A stretch of DNA of 63,722 bases, filler included, from Vannella sp. (GCA_023345925.1; 5 parts of 5 records of this genome joined end to end with filler, not necessarily neighbours in it); one strand, 5' to 3'. Counted from the whole stretch's first letter, positions 47,212-59,666 are shown. The notes: a model not told the origin generated them from the letters alone. Numbers and translations: made by a program.

Positions 47212-48812
47212 ATGAAGCAGGCTGCTCTTGTCTGCTTTGCGGTGTTCGCTCTGGTTGCTGTGGTTGCTGGGGAGACAACCCCTCGCTCTCAGGCAAAGTT
47301 GACCAACGTCCCTGGTTTGGTATGTGCCTTTGGTGTCGGCAAAGGGTGGAACTGACGATGAGGGAAGACTTTTGCTCCTAACTTTGATCAATATGCTGGT
47401 TATGTTGGCCTTGCTGGTACCACAAAGAGCATCTTCTACTGGTTCTTTACCTCCCAGAACCCCACTCCTACCAACGATCCCGTTGTCCTCTGGCTTCAAG
47501 GCGGCCCCGGCTGCTCCTCTGTCGGAGACGGCCTTTTCTTGGAGCACGGACCCTACTTCACCTCCCCTGACTTTAGCACGAAGACCATCAACCTTGTCAG
47601 CAACTTCTACGCTTGGAACCGTCTCGCCAACGTCATCTACATCGAAGCCCCTTGCGGTGTGGGCTTCTCGTACGGAACCAACCTTCCCTCTGACTACGAG
47701 ACCAACGACAACATCACTGCTGTCGATAACTACTTGTTCCTTCAAGGCTTCTTCGATGTACGTCATTCCGTCCCTTTCGCTTGTTGAGAGGCTGATCGTG
47801 GACAGATCTACACCGAGTTTGCTCAGAACGAGTTCTGGGTGACTGGAGAGTCGTATGCTGGAGTCTACATTCCTTCTTTGGCTTACCAGATCCTCACTAA
47901 CGGTAGCGACAACCAGTTGGCTGCCAACTTGAAGAAGGGAGGTCTCATGTTGGGTAACCCTGTTACCAACTGCAACCAACCCACTTACTCTGGCAATGGA
48001 AACATTCTCAACCTTGACGATCAGTTGAACCTCTTCTACTGGCACGGAATGGTCTCCCGCCGTGAGTTTGACGAGTGGAACAAGAAGGGCTGCAACACCG
48101 GAGCCCCTTCCAACCTCGTTGAGTGCTACGTGATCTACGCTCGCGTTCAACGTGGCATTGGCCATCTCGATCAACCTCTCCAGTCCGACAACACTGAGCG
48201 TCAACACCGCCGTGTCCAGCCCGCTGGTTCGATCAACCCAGACATGCTCTACTTCTCTTACTGCACCGGAAACGGAACTCTGGACTTCAACACTGCCATT
48301 GTCCCCGACTGCTTCGATCTGGACTCGCAAGTCTCCTCCTACCTCAACGATCCCGTCGTTCAGGCAGCCATCAATGCTCGCCCTACCAAGTGGACAGAGT
48401 GCACCAGCAAGCTCCGCTACAAGAAGTTGGCCGTCCCCGCTCCCAACTACTTGGAGCAGTTCTTCACTATCGCTCCCAAGATGCGCATTCTGTACTACTC
48501 TGGCGATATTGATCTGGCCACTGTCCCCTTCTCTCAGACTCAACGCTGCTTGGAGACTATGCAACGCCCTATCACCCAATCGTGGCGCCCATACGTGATC
48601 AACAAGGAGGTTGCCGGCTACGTAGAGATCTACGACACGTACACTTATGCCACCATCAAGGGCGCTGGTCACGAGGCTCCTGTAAGTTTCTTCCCTCTTT
48701 CCTCTCGAAGGACTCTTCTCATCTCCCTTTCTAGCAATTCCAACCCGCTGCTGCATTCCTCCTCTTCTCCACCTTCTTGAACAACGGAACTCTTCCCACT
48801 CTCACCATCTAA
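47212..48812 (+). CDS. Secreted/lysosomal serine carboxypeptidase (S10)
   Basis: Signal peptide; VLWLQGGPGCSS; IEAPCGVGFSY; TGESYAG; YSGDID; IKGAGHEAP. Confidence 0.95.
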
Positions 48813-49058
48813 CGAGGGAAGGACAGCACACTGAAGTGTACTCCACCCCAATACACTTCCGAGAACTTACGCATCCCTCCTTTGCACTCTCTTCTACCAC
48901 TTGTTGGGTTCTCTTTGGTCCAGTTTCTCATTCGGAACTGAATTGAATCATTTCATGACCGTTTGGCTTCCGATCGAGCGGGAACAGGATCCTCCAATCA
49001 GAGCCAATGCCTAATGATTATTTTGCAATAAACATGAGCCGATGTCATTCTTCTGGGG

Positions 49059-50921
49059 ATGGACGACTCGGACGCGTTCTTGTTCGAGGTGCCGAGCAAG
49101 CTGGAGGATGTTGGCTTTTTGGATACGCTCCCTGTGGAGGTGGGAGGGGCCTTTGAGGTGTTCGATGTGGGGCACTACCCCGTTATCCACTATTACGAGC
49201 AACTCTTCTTAGAGTCCGCGCTTGTCGTGGCGACACACACGGTTTGGAAGTTTATGGTAACAGAGGCACGCAACGCCTTTGCCAATACGATACACGTACA
49301 AGTGGGTGGCAACTATGAGCCCTTCAACGAGCCCCACACCGTCGCCATCGATGTCAATCACTGCCAATCTGCAGAAGAGTTCGAAACCCTCTCTAAAGCT
49401 CGTCGTGTTATCAACGAGGTTCCCACATGGAAGGCCTACCACCTTCCTCCCGTCCTCAGCGCAGATGTACGTTTCCCTCTTCCCACGGCGCGTCCCCCCA
49501 CTCAGTGGGGATGTTAGAATACCAAGCAGAACAGTACCTATTGTGTAGTTCTCTCTAAACCCCAAAAGTGGGGCTCTCAGATGATGCCCGTGACTTTCTT
49601 CTTCCGTGGGATGTACAACAACGCCAACGCCTTCTGGGAGAAGCTCAGCTCACCCGCTATCATGCTCACCAACTCGGCTTCGAAGTGGTACGAGAAGGCC
49701 TTCGTTACCCTCTCCCTCTTGAGCTTAGGGTATGATCCAAAGGCCATCTCCAAGCCGGTGAGTCACCCTGAGACTTCGTACTCGCGCGTGAGGACATTCT
49801 GACACGAGATAAGGATGCGACCGTGCGCTGGGAGGACTTTCTACGAGTTGTTGACTTGCATGTGACGGGAACAACGGGTTGCCGGCGCAAACTGAGCGAA
49901 TCCGTCTCTTTCCTCAGCCGATATCACTTGGAAAGCATCGCTACGATGGTTCAATGCGAGAGTAAGACTATTACTTCCGTTCCCTGAGCTACAATCGCTT
50001 ACTTTCGCAAAGAGGATGGCCGAGTTCCTCTCAAGAAACTTCGAGCCTTTTGTAACGAGTCAGCGGATGGCGTTCCCCCTCTCAAGCACATTGAAAACCT
50101 CATTACTCGATACAGGAACTCGTGGGACTCTGGGTAAGCGCCTCCCTTTCAAGGAATCTCCCCAACCAGCATCTCATCGGCTCCCCTTCCCCTTTTCTAG
50201 CGCGATTGTCGGTGTCATTCGTTCAAGCGTTGTCAAGCAGTACCTGCTAGAACAGCAACAGCCGGTGGGGAACTTTGTCTTGCGAATTCAGTTCAACTCG
50301 CCGAGTGAGATTTGCGCGAGTTCTGTTCAGATCCATCCTCAGACGGGGGCGCCGTTTGTGGACCATTTGACCATCTCACAGCATGTTGCACCTGATGACT
50401 CAAAGCTGCGAGACTATATTGCCAGCAGTCCCATTCATAAGGTGATGATGCCGATGGGTTTGGCCTGCAATCGGCCCGCCACTGCGGTTTCTCTTGAGCC
50501 GTCTCAAACCTATCGTACCACAGACCACGAGCTTCAACGCACCAATCAGCTCTTGCAACAAGCCTACCAAGAAGGCTTCCAAGCGAGTGGCTCAGCAGCT
50601 GGGACTCCTTCTCCCTTATCGCCATTGCCCACGACGGCCCCTCAATCCCCCGCCCCTCATAGCCCTGTTGCCATGGGCCAACCCATAGATAACACACGTC
50701 AATTGGATGAGCAGGTTCTGGGCTGGCTGCGATATTTCTTCCAGAATGACTCAGAGCAGGTGTTCCTCGAAGTGGCACAGAAATTTGCGGCGGCCAGAGT
50801 GACGGCCACTTCGTTACATATGCTTGATGGGGACGACCTCAAGGAAATGGGCATTCCGTTGGGTCCTCGCAAGCTCCTCATTCGTGCCTTGCAGCAACTC
50901 AATTCACAATACCAGCAATAA
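49059..50921 (+). CDS. Divergent STAT-like protein (linker + SH2) with C-terminal SAM domain
   Basis: SSPAIMLTNSASKW, VRWEDFL, RRKLSES, IVGVIRSSVVKQYL..QPVGNFVLR, VDHLTI..KLRDYI; SAM: WLR..LDGDDLKEMGIPLGPRKLLIRAL. Confidence 0.65.
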
Positions 50922-51163
50922 CTAACTTGGCATGACTGGCCTTTCCCCTTTTTGTGTCATTCTGTACCTTCTCATGGCTCTCTTTGGGTCATAAACTGTA
51001 GAATTGTGTTCCGAGACGGCCAAGTGACGAGTAATGTGGTTGATGGGCTGGGATTGGTTTAGATGAGATCAAAAGAAGTGACTTGTAAGCCTAAATGACT
51101 TGGAAGTGACGAGGAATGTATTTGATGAGATTAGAAGAAGTGACTTGAGGAAGTAGGCGGGTT

Positions 51164-51206
51164 TTATTCTCCCTCTTATTCTCCCTCTTATTCTCCCTCT
51201 TATTCT
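51164..51206. repeat. 12-bp tandem repeat (TTATTCTCCCTC) x3.5
   Basis: Read directly from the sequence. Confidence 0.9.
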
Positions 51207-51490
51207 GTGAGCCGAAGGAGTTGGCCAAACGCTCTTTGGATTTGATTGACACGAATCGTCTTTGGAACAGTCACTAAGACCACGAGAAGTTCACCCACCC
51301 ACGGAACCATCTCCCCTCAAGACCAGCACGCGACTGGGAACGGAAAAGAGTCCTTCCTGGACAGACACTTCTGACGGAGCCCTAGAAAAGGGTCTCGCAG
51401 ATCGTTGAGTAGCAAATCGCAAAGGGCAGGAAATGCAATTGATCAAGAAGGAGGATTTTGGGTCATTTGAAGGGAGCGGGTTCGGCGGTC

Positions 51491-53669
51491 ATGTCGGCGG
51501 ACTCCTCGAGGGTGAGAGCAGCGAAAGGTGTCGCAGAATGGGGCTGAATGGAGGGTGATAGGACGACGATGCAGTGGCAGCAGAGTTGTTGAGGAAGAAG
51601 CTGATCGTGCGGGAGAAGGTGGCGCAAGAGATCGTCTCCACCGAGGTGACGTATTGCAACACCCTCGGCACCATCGTGAAAGAGTTCCTGGAGCCCTCCG
51701 AGGCCATTCTCAAGCGCCCACACGTTGTCGACATCTTCTCTAACATCGACCAGCTGTGGCACCTGCACCAGCCCATCCTCGAGGAGATGCAAAAGTGCGT
51801 CGCCAACTGGACGGAGAACTCGTGTTTGGCCAGCGTCTTCCTCAATCTGGTTCGTTCGAAGGGTTCCTTCGTGTTCCCTTGAGCTTACCTTCCCCTAGGT
51901 ACCCTTCTTGAAGCTTTATCGCGCTTACTGTGGGAACTATCAAGCTGCTGTCGCCCGTGTGGAGGACCGGATGTCCAACTCTCGCTTCGCTGCCCTCCAT
52001 GCTGTAGGAGAGGGTTCTTGAGGGGCCTGTTGTGCCCTCTAATGGGTGGGAACTGCTGTGTAGAGTGTGAAAGAGTCTGTTGGCTTTGACTTGTGCTCTT
52101 TGTTGATTCAACCGATCCAACGCATCCCCCGCTACCGCTTATTGTTCGAAGAGCTTCTTAAGCATACTCCTGTGGATCACCCAGACTACCAAGCGACCTG
52201 CAAGACGCTTGAGAGCGTTCAAGGGGTGCGAAGCGGACTAGGCCCCCTCACTTCCTTCCTCACCCTTACGCCAGGTCGCTTCGTATGTGAATGAGAGTGT
52301 ACGTGCCAAGGAGAACCAGGACAAGCTACTACAGATCCAACAATCCTTCACAGGAAAGGGAATTCCGGTGCGCAGTTCCTGTCGTCCCTCTTCGTCAATC
52401 TAACAGGCTTCTTGGACAGCCTGTTGTTGCCCCCGACCGTATCTTCATGCGTGAGGGTGTGCTCGTCAAGGTGTGCCGCCGAGAACCCAAACGGCGCTAC
52501 TTCTTCCTCTTTAACGATCTTATGATCTACTGTACCGCCAACGAGTCCACTGCAGGTGCTCGTGCGTCAACATACACCTTCCACCGAGCCATAGGACTCA
52601 GCCAGCTCCGAGTCGACGACATCCCAGAGAAGTCCGGTGAGTCATCAACGGACACCTCCAACACCAAGCTCTGACACGCACTCTAGGCACCGCCTTCTCC
52701 ATCCTTAGCAATCAAAAGTCCTTCTCCGTCTTCGCAGAGTCTCCCCAAGACAAGCAGATCTGGATGACGGATATCAAGAGGGCCATTCAACTCTGTTATC
52801 AGCTCCAGCACAAGCAAGCCACCGGAAAGGAAGCTGATCCTGATGAGATCGCCCCTGTATGGATCCCTGACAAGCTCCTCAAGACCTGCATGATCTGCGA
52901 CGTCAAGTTCACGACGATCAACCGCCGCGTAGGTCTATTTCCCAGTCTTTGGGACCCTCACTGACATCACAAACAGCACCATTGTCGCAAGTGCGGTAAG
53001 CTCGTATGCGGAGCATGCTCTAGCAAGAAGCATAAGCTCGAGAACATCGGCAAAGTGTGCCGAGTGTGCGATGAATGCTTCGATGTGCTGAACGGCGTCC
53101 CTCCAGAGGAGGAGTCCGCTCGCTCTAAGAGGAGTTCGGTATCGTTGAAGGGATCTCCAAGCACTACGTTGATTGACACTGCGGAGGCTCAAAACACGCT
53201 GGCAAGGAGAGCAACGAAGATGTTCCGTTCGGAAGATAAGCTTGATGCGGGACGTGGGACGATCTACATCCCTCAGACAGCTCCGCCTAGTCCTTCTCTT
53301 TCTGCAGTATCTCAGTTAGAGGTAGAGGAAGAGAAGGAGGCGAGTGAGGGCTCCCGTTCTTCCTCGAACACTTCCTCGAACCCGCGGCACCGCAAGAAGA
53401 AGACGAAGAAGGGAGGAACTCTCCGTCGAAAGTCCTCCAGTGCAAAGCAGGAGGATGAAGAGAGCAAACTGGCGGACGCCGAGTCATTGGCGGAGGAGGA
53501 AGGAAGTGAGGACTCTGATGCTCCACAGTTCCCTGCTCCCCAGCCTCCAGCACCCGAGAGGAATGCTGAAGGCTTCTTTGACTTCAGTTCTGAGGAAGAA
53601 GATGACAGTGAGGACTTCCCTGAGCCGCCATCCCGCCCTGCCCCTCGTGCTCCCATCGCCATTCGCTAA
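51491..53669 (+). CDS. DH-PH-FYVE RhoGEF (FGD/frabin-like) with acidic/Pro-rich tail
   Basis: EIVSTEVTY..IFSNI..LLIQPIQRIPRYRLL; RYFFLFND; WIPD..CMIC..RR|HHCRKCG..RVCDEC. Confidence 0.92.
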
Positions 53670-53776
53670 GTCTCGGCCTTGCGCACTCCCCTGTCTCCAT
53701 AAAGCATTTTGTTTCACTTTCCTTCCATCACAGTACCATTAGAAGCAAGAGAACGTGTTATAGAAGCGCTGTAGAG

Positions 53777-55275
53777 TTAGATTTCCACCTCGTACACCTT
53801 GCGGAGCTTGTGAATGTGAGAGAAGCGGTCGACAAAGGCTTCTCGGAGGTGTTCAGAGGTGATATTCACGTCATACTCCTCATCAAAGTCCTTTGGAAGC
53901 TTACTGAGGGTGCTATCGATCGCTGTGTTGATGAGCGGAGTGGTTTGGGGGAGAGGCGCGATCTTTCGTCCTCTCATGAACCGGTACATCTCAACGATGT
54001 GCTGCTGGAGCCCGTTGTTGCTGTACCCTTGAATGATGTGATGGTATGTCTCTGCATTGGGACGAAGGAACTGGCCAGGAGTGGTAGGAACCTCCTGATC
54101 GTCGTCGAACTGCTTGAAACGAAGCTCGTCGAAGGTAATGTTGACGCGTGCGAAGTTCCCAGCCTCTGCGTAGCCCCGAAGGATGCTATTGAATGCGTCC
54201 AACTCAGGTTCAAGTCGCTCCTTCCGCATGCGGTAAAGAGTCTTCTCCACGCGCTTGTGCTGACCGGTGAAGGCGAAAGCTTGCAAGAGATCGGCGTAGA
54301 GCATGCGATCGAGCATCAATCCTCGGCGGCCAATGCGCCAGAGGAGATAGTCGACCTTCTCAAGGTTACCTTCCATCACATGAGCCACAATCAACCGGTG
54401 GAAGCTGTCCAAGTTGGGGCGGATGGGCGCTTTCATCTTCATCTGGCTGGAAGTGAGCCAAAGGAGGATTATTTGGAACCCTCTCTTACCAAGATATCTT
54501 CAGCACGCTGCAAATCACCTTGGATGACGGAGTGGACGATGAACTTGTTAAGAAGGCGAGCATCTGGCTCTGAACCGAGAGAACGGACAAAGTTCAAGTA
54601 CTCTTCTGCCTCCTGAACCTTCCCATCTCTCAGTAAGGTGTCCACATGGGAGTCATGGACCTCCATGGATGGCTGGAGACCATACTGCTTTGTCAGGTTG
54701 ACCATCGCGTCAATGCCGAGCTCCTTCCCCACAAGAGCAAGGAATTGGGACGTCAAAGACGGCATCACATTCCCTTGGAGACTTTCGAACTGCTCCTTGG
54801 CCTTCTGTGCGTCTCCCTGTCGCGTGTATGACTCAAAAAGGATCTGTTTCGTGATTAGTACTCGCCCACAAGCAGGCAGAAAGGAACAAACCTCCTCAAA
54901 GCCCTCCTTCTTGAATGGGCTCCTCCCTTGTACGAGAATCACCTGCGCAGATCGCCCCTGATGCGCAAAAGCCCGCGCGATTTGGAGGGCCACTGTGTGG
55001 TGGGACAGTGTAGCCTTCTGAAGAAGCAACTCCACCTCATTCAAGCGACCTTGACGAGACAACTCAAGAAGTCGAAGCTCCTGCCCGCCAATGTTCACGG
55101 GAAAGTCGCGTTCATCCTTCGGTGCCTGCAAGTCTGCGTTCGCCCACTTGCTGCTTTCCCGATCCTCCGCATACTTGGAACCACTCCCGATCAACCCCTT
55201 CCCATAGATGGGCAAGAACCCACGCTGGGACTGTCTCCAGAGAGAGCGAGTGCCCCACACCGACCGCGAGAGCAT
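53777..55275 (-). CDS. Pentatricopeptide-repeat protein, likely mitochondrial
   Basis: Arg/Ser-rich presequence; PELDAFNSILRGYAEAG, PNAETYHHIIQGY, PNLDSFHRLI repeats. Confidence 0.85.
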
Positions 55276-55330
55276 GGGCAATGCGAAATGGCCAAATGGG
55301 AAGAAGAGACGTTTATAGAGAAAAAGGGAA

Positions 55331-57037
55331 TTAGGCGAAGGCCAGGGCGAGGAGAACAACCGCGTTGATGAGGAGAAGGGTCGACGATCCGCTTCCGCTG
55401 TCCTTTCGAGGCACGCGAGTGCGGAAGGCCAAAGGGACAGGGACGGGAACAGTGACTTCAACAGGGGCGGGGACTGGGACTGGGACGATGAAGGGGGCGG
55501 GGATGGGGATCGGGTTGGGGACGGGCACGCGAACGACTCGAGCCGAAGGACGCTTGCTCTGAGATCTTGGGGAGGTGTTAGAGCTACGGGGAGTTGGTGG
55601 GCGACTAGGAGAGGCACTCTCGACACTAGTAGGAGAGACAACGGCGCTCTTGGTGATCGTCGCGGTGATGGAAGGACTGGGCGAGTTGACAAGGTCAATT
55701 CGGCTTCGTGCAGCCACGATGGTCAGACCCAGAGAACGAGTGTCACCGCAAACAAAGTCGTAATCGTCGTTGTTGGGGTTACCATCGCGGTTGAGGTCGG
55801 ACTCGTACAGTTCAGCGCTCACACAGCGGAAAGAGCCAGCATTGTCAACAGTGGCAATGCAAGCTTTGTCGAGAGCAGTGAATCCGAATTGAGACAAGCA
55901 CACAGAAATGGGAAGGACAGGGGTATCGCGGGTTCCATCAGTGGCAAGAGAAGTGAGGTTGAGAAGAACGGACTCTAACAAGATCTTTCGAGCGTTAGGG
56001 GGGAGCACAGCTTGAGGATCAGAGATATCAGCAGCTAACAATCGAGTACCTTCACGGAAAGCGGTGCGAGGCGCGATGACATACGAGTTGCCGGTGGTGA
56101 CGGAGATAAAAGGGGTGGGGGACGAGCTTGGAGAAGGAATGATAGACGTAGAAGGGGTCACACTGTTAGTCGCAGAGTTTGTGCGAGAGACCGATGGGGA
56201 CCGGGTGTTGGTGCGGGAGGCGGTAACACTAGCGGTTTCCGAAGGAGAAGCCGAGGAACTCGGTGACGACGAAGAGGAGGAGGAGGAGCTCGCACTGGAA
56301 GATGAAGTAAGCGAGGGAGTAGGCGTATTCGTTGGAGTGCGAGTGGCAGAGGGGGGTGGCTGAGTGTAGCCAAACAGGAAAGCGGAACCTCCTCCTCGGA
56401 TAACGGTTTCTCCAACCTCACTAGTAATCAAAAGGGTGACGGAAGTGACAGTTTGGAGCGAGCAGTTGCCAGTGAAGTTGCGGAAAGGAAACGCCAACTG
56501 AGCAAGTAGTTTTGTTCCGCTGACAACCTGTGAGAAGCTGCACTGGTTGGACGCTTTGTCTTGCAATCTAACTGTAAAAGAGAGAATAGCAATCGTACTC
56601 GAAGCAGAAAGGGAGAACGACCGAGCCGTGGTGTTGCGAGAAACGTCATCTTCGAGGTAAAGACCGGTTCCGTTGTTAAGGCCAGTATCGTTAATTCCGC
56701 CGTACTTGACTTCCAAACTCACAGTGGTGTTTCCGTCTTGCTCGAAATCGAGAGCGCCGGTCCCCACTGTGGTGATGACGGAGGAGAGGTCAGCAATGGG
56801 TGTTCCAGCAAAGGCATACGAAATACTGAAGTTGACGTTTCGTTGACAACCAAGCAGTGCGGCCTCATCACAACCAGGAACTGCCTCGATGAAGGAAACA
56901 GAAGGGGGGTTGGTTGGAGGAACAGACCCGGACGTTTGAACAAACACGTTTCGCGACACACCCTGGGAGAAGTTATCCACAAAAGGTTGAGCGTGAATGA
57001 CTACAAACAGTGACGCAATCAACACCACAAAGCGCAT
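55331..57037 (-). CDS. Secreted, probably GPI-anchored surface glycoprotein with Ser/Thr/Pro linkers, intronless
   Basis: Signal peptide MRFVVLIASLFVVIHA; many NxS/T sites; mucin-like tracts; SGSGSS followed by a hydrophobic C-terminus. Confidence 0.8.
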   Translation of the reverse strand: MRFVVLIASLFVVIHAQPFVDNFSQGVSRNVFVQTSGSVPPTNPPSVSFIEAVPGCDEAALLGCQRNVNFSISYAFAGTPIADLSSVITTVGTGALDFEQDGNTTVSLEVKYGGINDTGLNNGTGLYLEDDVSRNTTARSFSLSASSTIAILSFTVRLQDKASNQCSFSQVVSGTKLLAQLAFPFRNFTGNCSLQTVTSVTLLITSEVGETVIRGGGSAFLFGYTQPPPSATRTPTNTPTPSLTSSSSASSSSSSSSSPSSSASPSETASVTASRTNTRSPSVSRTNSATNSVTPSTSIIPSPSSSPTPFISVTTGNSYVIAPRTAFREGTRLLAADISDPQAVLPPNARKILLESVLLNLTSLATDGTRDTPVLPISVCLSQFGFTALDKACIATVDNAGSFRCVSAELYESDLNRDGNPNNDDYDFVCGDTRSLGLTIVAARSRIDLVNSPSPSITATITKSAVVSPTSVESASPSRPPTPRSSNTSPRSQSKRPSARVVRVPVPNPIPIPAPFIVPVPVPAPVEVTVPVPVPLAFRTRVPRKDSGSGSSTLLLINAVVLLALAFA

Positions 57038-57125
57038 GACAGGAAAAACTGAAGCAAACGGGCGTTTCGAAGGACGACGATGTTTTTTTGAAAAAATTAC
57101 GCAATTATCACAGATAATCTCCTTT

Positions 57126-58247
57126 TTAGTCGAGGTCCAATCCGATTGGTGATGAAGAGGTGGGTTGGAGGACAAAGACAGCATTATCTAATGCGTAGTA
57201 TGGACAGTTCATGTCCCCAGCAGAGATGTAGGGGACTCGTGTCCATCGGATGACCTCCCAGCCTTGGGGAATGAGAGTGTTCCACACGAACCAGTCCACG
57301 CACTTCTCAAAGGGAGCGCAGCATGCACAGTTGGACTCGAGATTGGTCCTACTGATGGGTGTTTGCTCTTGGTTGAGTGGTTCGCCTTCACCAAGCCATC
57401 GGCGGTGTGAAACCTCCTCTCCCAGCTCGCTCTGGGGAACAGGCCACACAAGTCTACGACTACAGGCTGGAAGGGGCTCCGAAGGTTCCTTCTGCTGGTT
57501 TCCGTCTTCCACAAACGGTCCCCAAGGGAGAACTACTGCCAGGAGGAGGAGCCCATTCGGACACCCTTGATCTGCTGCAGTCAGTAGCTCTTTGATCTGC
57601 CGGAGTAGGCTTAAGGGCTTGTCACAGCGGTCAATAACGTTGAAAAGAGTGATCAGGTCGAAAGAGGGCTTCGCATCATCCTCTGATCCGCACCGTAAGT
57701 GAGGAGAAAGCTCTTCTGATGTGATATTGGTTGTTTGCGCACATGCAAAACCTCGTTCACGAAGTCTCTTCACCATGTAGTTCGATAATTCGGTGGTCAC
57801 CACGCGATCCTTCCACTTTGCCCCACCTACAGGGTCGTCCTCAGCAGTAAGGATCGGTTTGAGTTTCTCTGTAACATTGCCATCCCCTGCACCGATGTCA
57901 AGGAGGGTAGAAGGCCTTGGAAGGGTTCCTTGCTCGAGTTCTGGACCAAGAAGGAGCTGAAGCTGTGCAGAGGACAGCACGTGCATCTGCCCTCGTTGTA
58001 GGATGGCGTTTGAGTCTGTCAGAGAGTAGAACATACGTATCATGTTGCCCAGGAAGGTCATCCCACACCCTTCAGTGCCTGAGCAGTACTCTGCCAAGAA
58101 GTTCTCCGTTCCCTCATCAAGATGGGACTCGAGGAACTTTGAAGCTGTCTCTGGACAGAGTCTCCACTCATCTATCTTATAGCGAAGTGGGGGAAGTGTT
58201 GTTTGCTGCTCCTGCAAGTGGCGAAGGCCAGCCCTCTTGAAGCTCAT
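57126..58247 (-). CDS. METTL9: METTL9/DREV protein-histidine methyltransferase, intronless
   Basis: SLTDSNAILQRGQMHVLS; LLDIGAGDGNVT; NVIDRCDKP; WTRVPYISAGD..YYALDNAVFVL. Confidence 0.9.
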   Translation of the reverse strand: MSFKRAGLRHLQEQQTTLPPLRYKIDEWRLCPETASKFLESHLDEGTENFLAEYCSGTEGCGMTFLGNMIRMFYSLTDSNAILQRGQMHVLSSAQLQLLLGPELEQGTLPRPSTLLDIGAGDGNVTEKLKPILTAEDDPVGGAKWKDRVVTTELSNYMVKRLRERGFACAQTTNITSEELSPHLRCGSEDDAKPSFDLITLFNVIDRCDKPLSLLRQIKELLTAADQGCPNGLLLLAVVLPWGPFVEDGNQQKEPSEPLPACSRRLVWPVPQSELGEEVSHRRWLGEGEPLNQEQTPISRTNLESNCACCAPFEKCVDWFVWNTLIPQGWEVIRWTRVPYISAGDMNCPYYALDNAVFVLQPTSSSPIGLDLD

Positions 58248-58306
58248 GGCGAAGAATGGGCGAAGGGGACTGCTAGGGATCTGTATTGGCTTCAGAAACG
58301 GTAAGA

Positions 58307-58974
58307 TTAGTCCTGGCGGGTCTTGAGGTGCTTTGTAGTGATTCCTTCAGGAGTTCTAGTCCACTTATTAGTACCAATCAAGAAGGAGGGAGCAGCAAGA
58401 CGCTCACATGATATGCACAACAGCTCCCCAACCGCCCAGAGCGTCACGGTTGATAGCGGATAGAAGACACTGGGAGATGATCTCGAACAACTCGTTGGGC
58501 TCCTGAATAGATCAAAAGGAGTCAGGACCGAGTGATCGGAGGGGAGCTGCATACCAAGTCTGGACGGTAGAGGGTCTCGCACATTCCATAGAGAGCTTCG
58601 GTGGAGGTTCCAGCCAACACAAAGTCCTCTGCCAGAAGAGGAGCGCCGATGAGATCCATGGCACTAATGAAGGGCTTGTTGTTCTTATCCAGACCCGCCA
58701 CAACGGGCTCACAGAAGAAAGGACCAAAGCGCTTCTCATAAAGGAGTGTCTGCAAGAGGTTAGAGACGGTCTTGGGCTGCATCTCGCGGTCCTCGTCCAA
58801 GGTGTACAGCTTAACACGGAAGCGCAGCTTGGCAATCATTGTAAGAGTGTCTGATGCCAATCCAGGGAGGCCAACGAAGGTCTTCTCTGTCACTCGGAAC
58901 ACCTTGGAGAAGTCCATAGCCACAGTCTGAGCCTGAATACCAAAGCGGGTATCTGAGGCGATTGCCACGCAGTT
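58307..58974 (-). CDS. PSMB3: Proteasome subunit beta-3 (5' end cut by contig edge)
   Basis: CVAIASDTRFGIQAQT..LYEKRFGPFFCEPVVAG..LYGMCE..LKTRQD. Confidence 0.95.
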
Positions 58975-59330
58975 NNNNNNNNNNNNNNNNNNNNNNNNNN
59001 NNNNNNNNNNNNNNNNNNTTAATTAATTAANNNNNNNNNNNNNNNNNNNNNNNNNNNNNNNNNNNNNNNNNNNNACCTTCCGGAGCGGTCTCCTCATGCA
59101 GTAGGGCGATAGTTGGTGGCGATGAGGTTCAACACTGCTCCTTGACCGAGAATTAAAAGAAATGGGCTCGATCGGAGTGGTCAGAGCCACCCCAACGTCC
59201 AAGTGACGCCGTGACACCCCCTGCATGAGCTGTGATAAATGAAAAAGTTCAATTTGAAGTCTAATCAGAATAATTCAACCCTCCCCTCTTATCTTGTCTC
59301 CCATTTCATCCCACACAGACCCGTCTGATC

Positions 59331-59575
59331 ATGAACACTCGGGAGGTGTCATCCCAGCGAGCTGCAGAGAAGCCATGCGCCAAAGAGGCAAAGAGCAGCC
59401 TTGTTTGTCAGCTGCAAACCAGCCCAGGAGACAACCAGTGCAAGGACTTCATTGAAGCTTACAACAAGTGCATGTTGCTGCACGTAAGTTGCTTCTTTCT
59501 CTCTTGAGGGAACCCTTCTTGACCCTTCAATTCTATCAGAAACAAGAACGGAGGAAACGCTTTCAAAGCAAATGA
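59331..59575 (+). CDS. Small twin-CX9C mitochondrial intermembrane-space protein (missed by the ORF track)
   Basis: PC-AKEAKSSLV-C-x10-C-KDFIEAYNK-CMLLH|KQERRKRFQSK*, one GT-AG intron. Confidence 0.75.
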
Positions 59576-59666
59576 TCCCACCCCTCATGTCCTGGCTAAA
59601 GAGTACCCGAATAACTGGAAAAGAGTTGATTAGGGGCAGAGTTCTTTGTGGGCGATATCTTCAGGA

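Noticed and set aside
47095..48756. 553-aa antisense ORF (likewise 8890-9921 and 44777-45784)
   Set aside because: Shadow frames opposite well-supported, codon-biased genes; no recognisable motifs.
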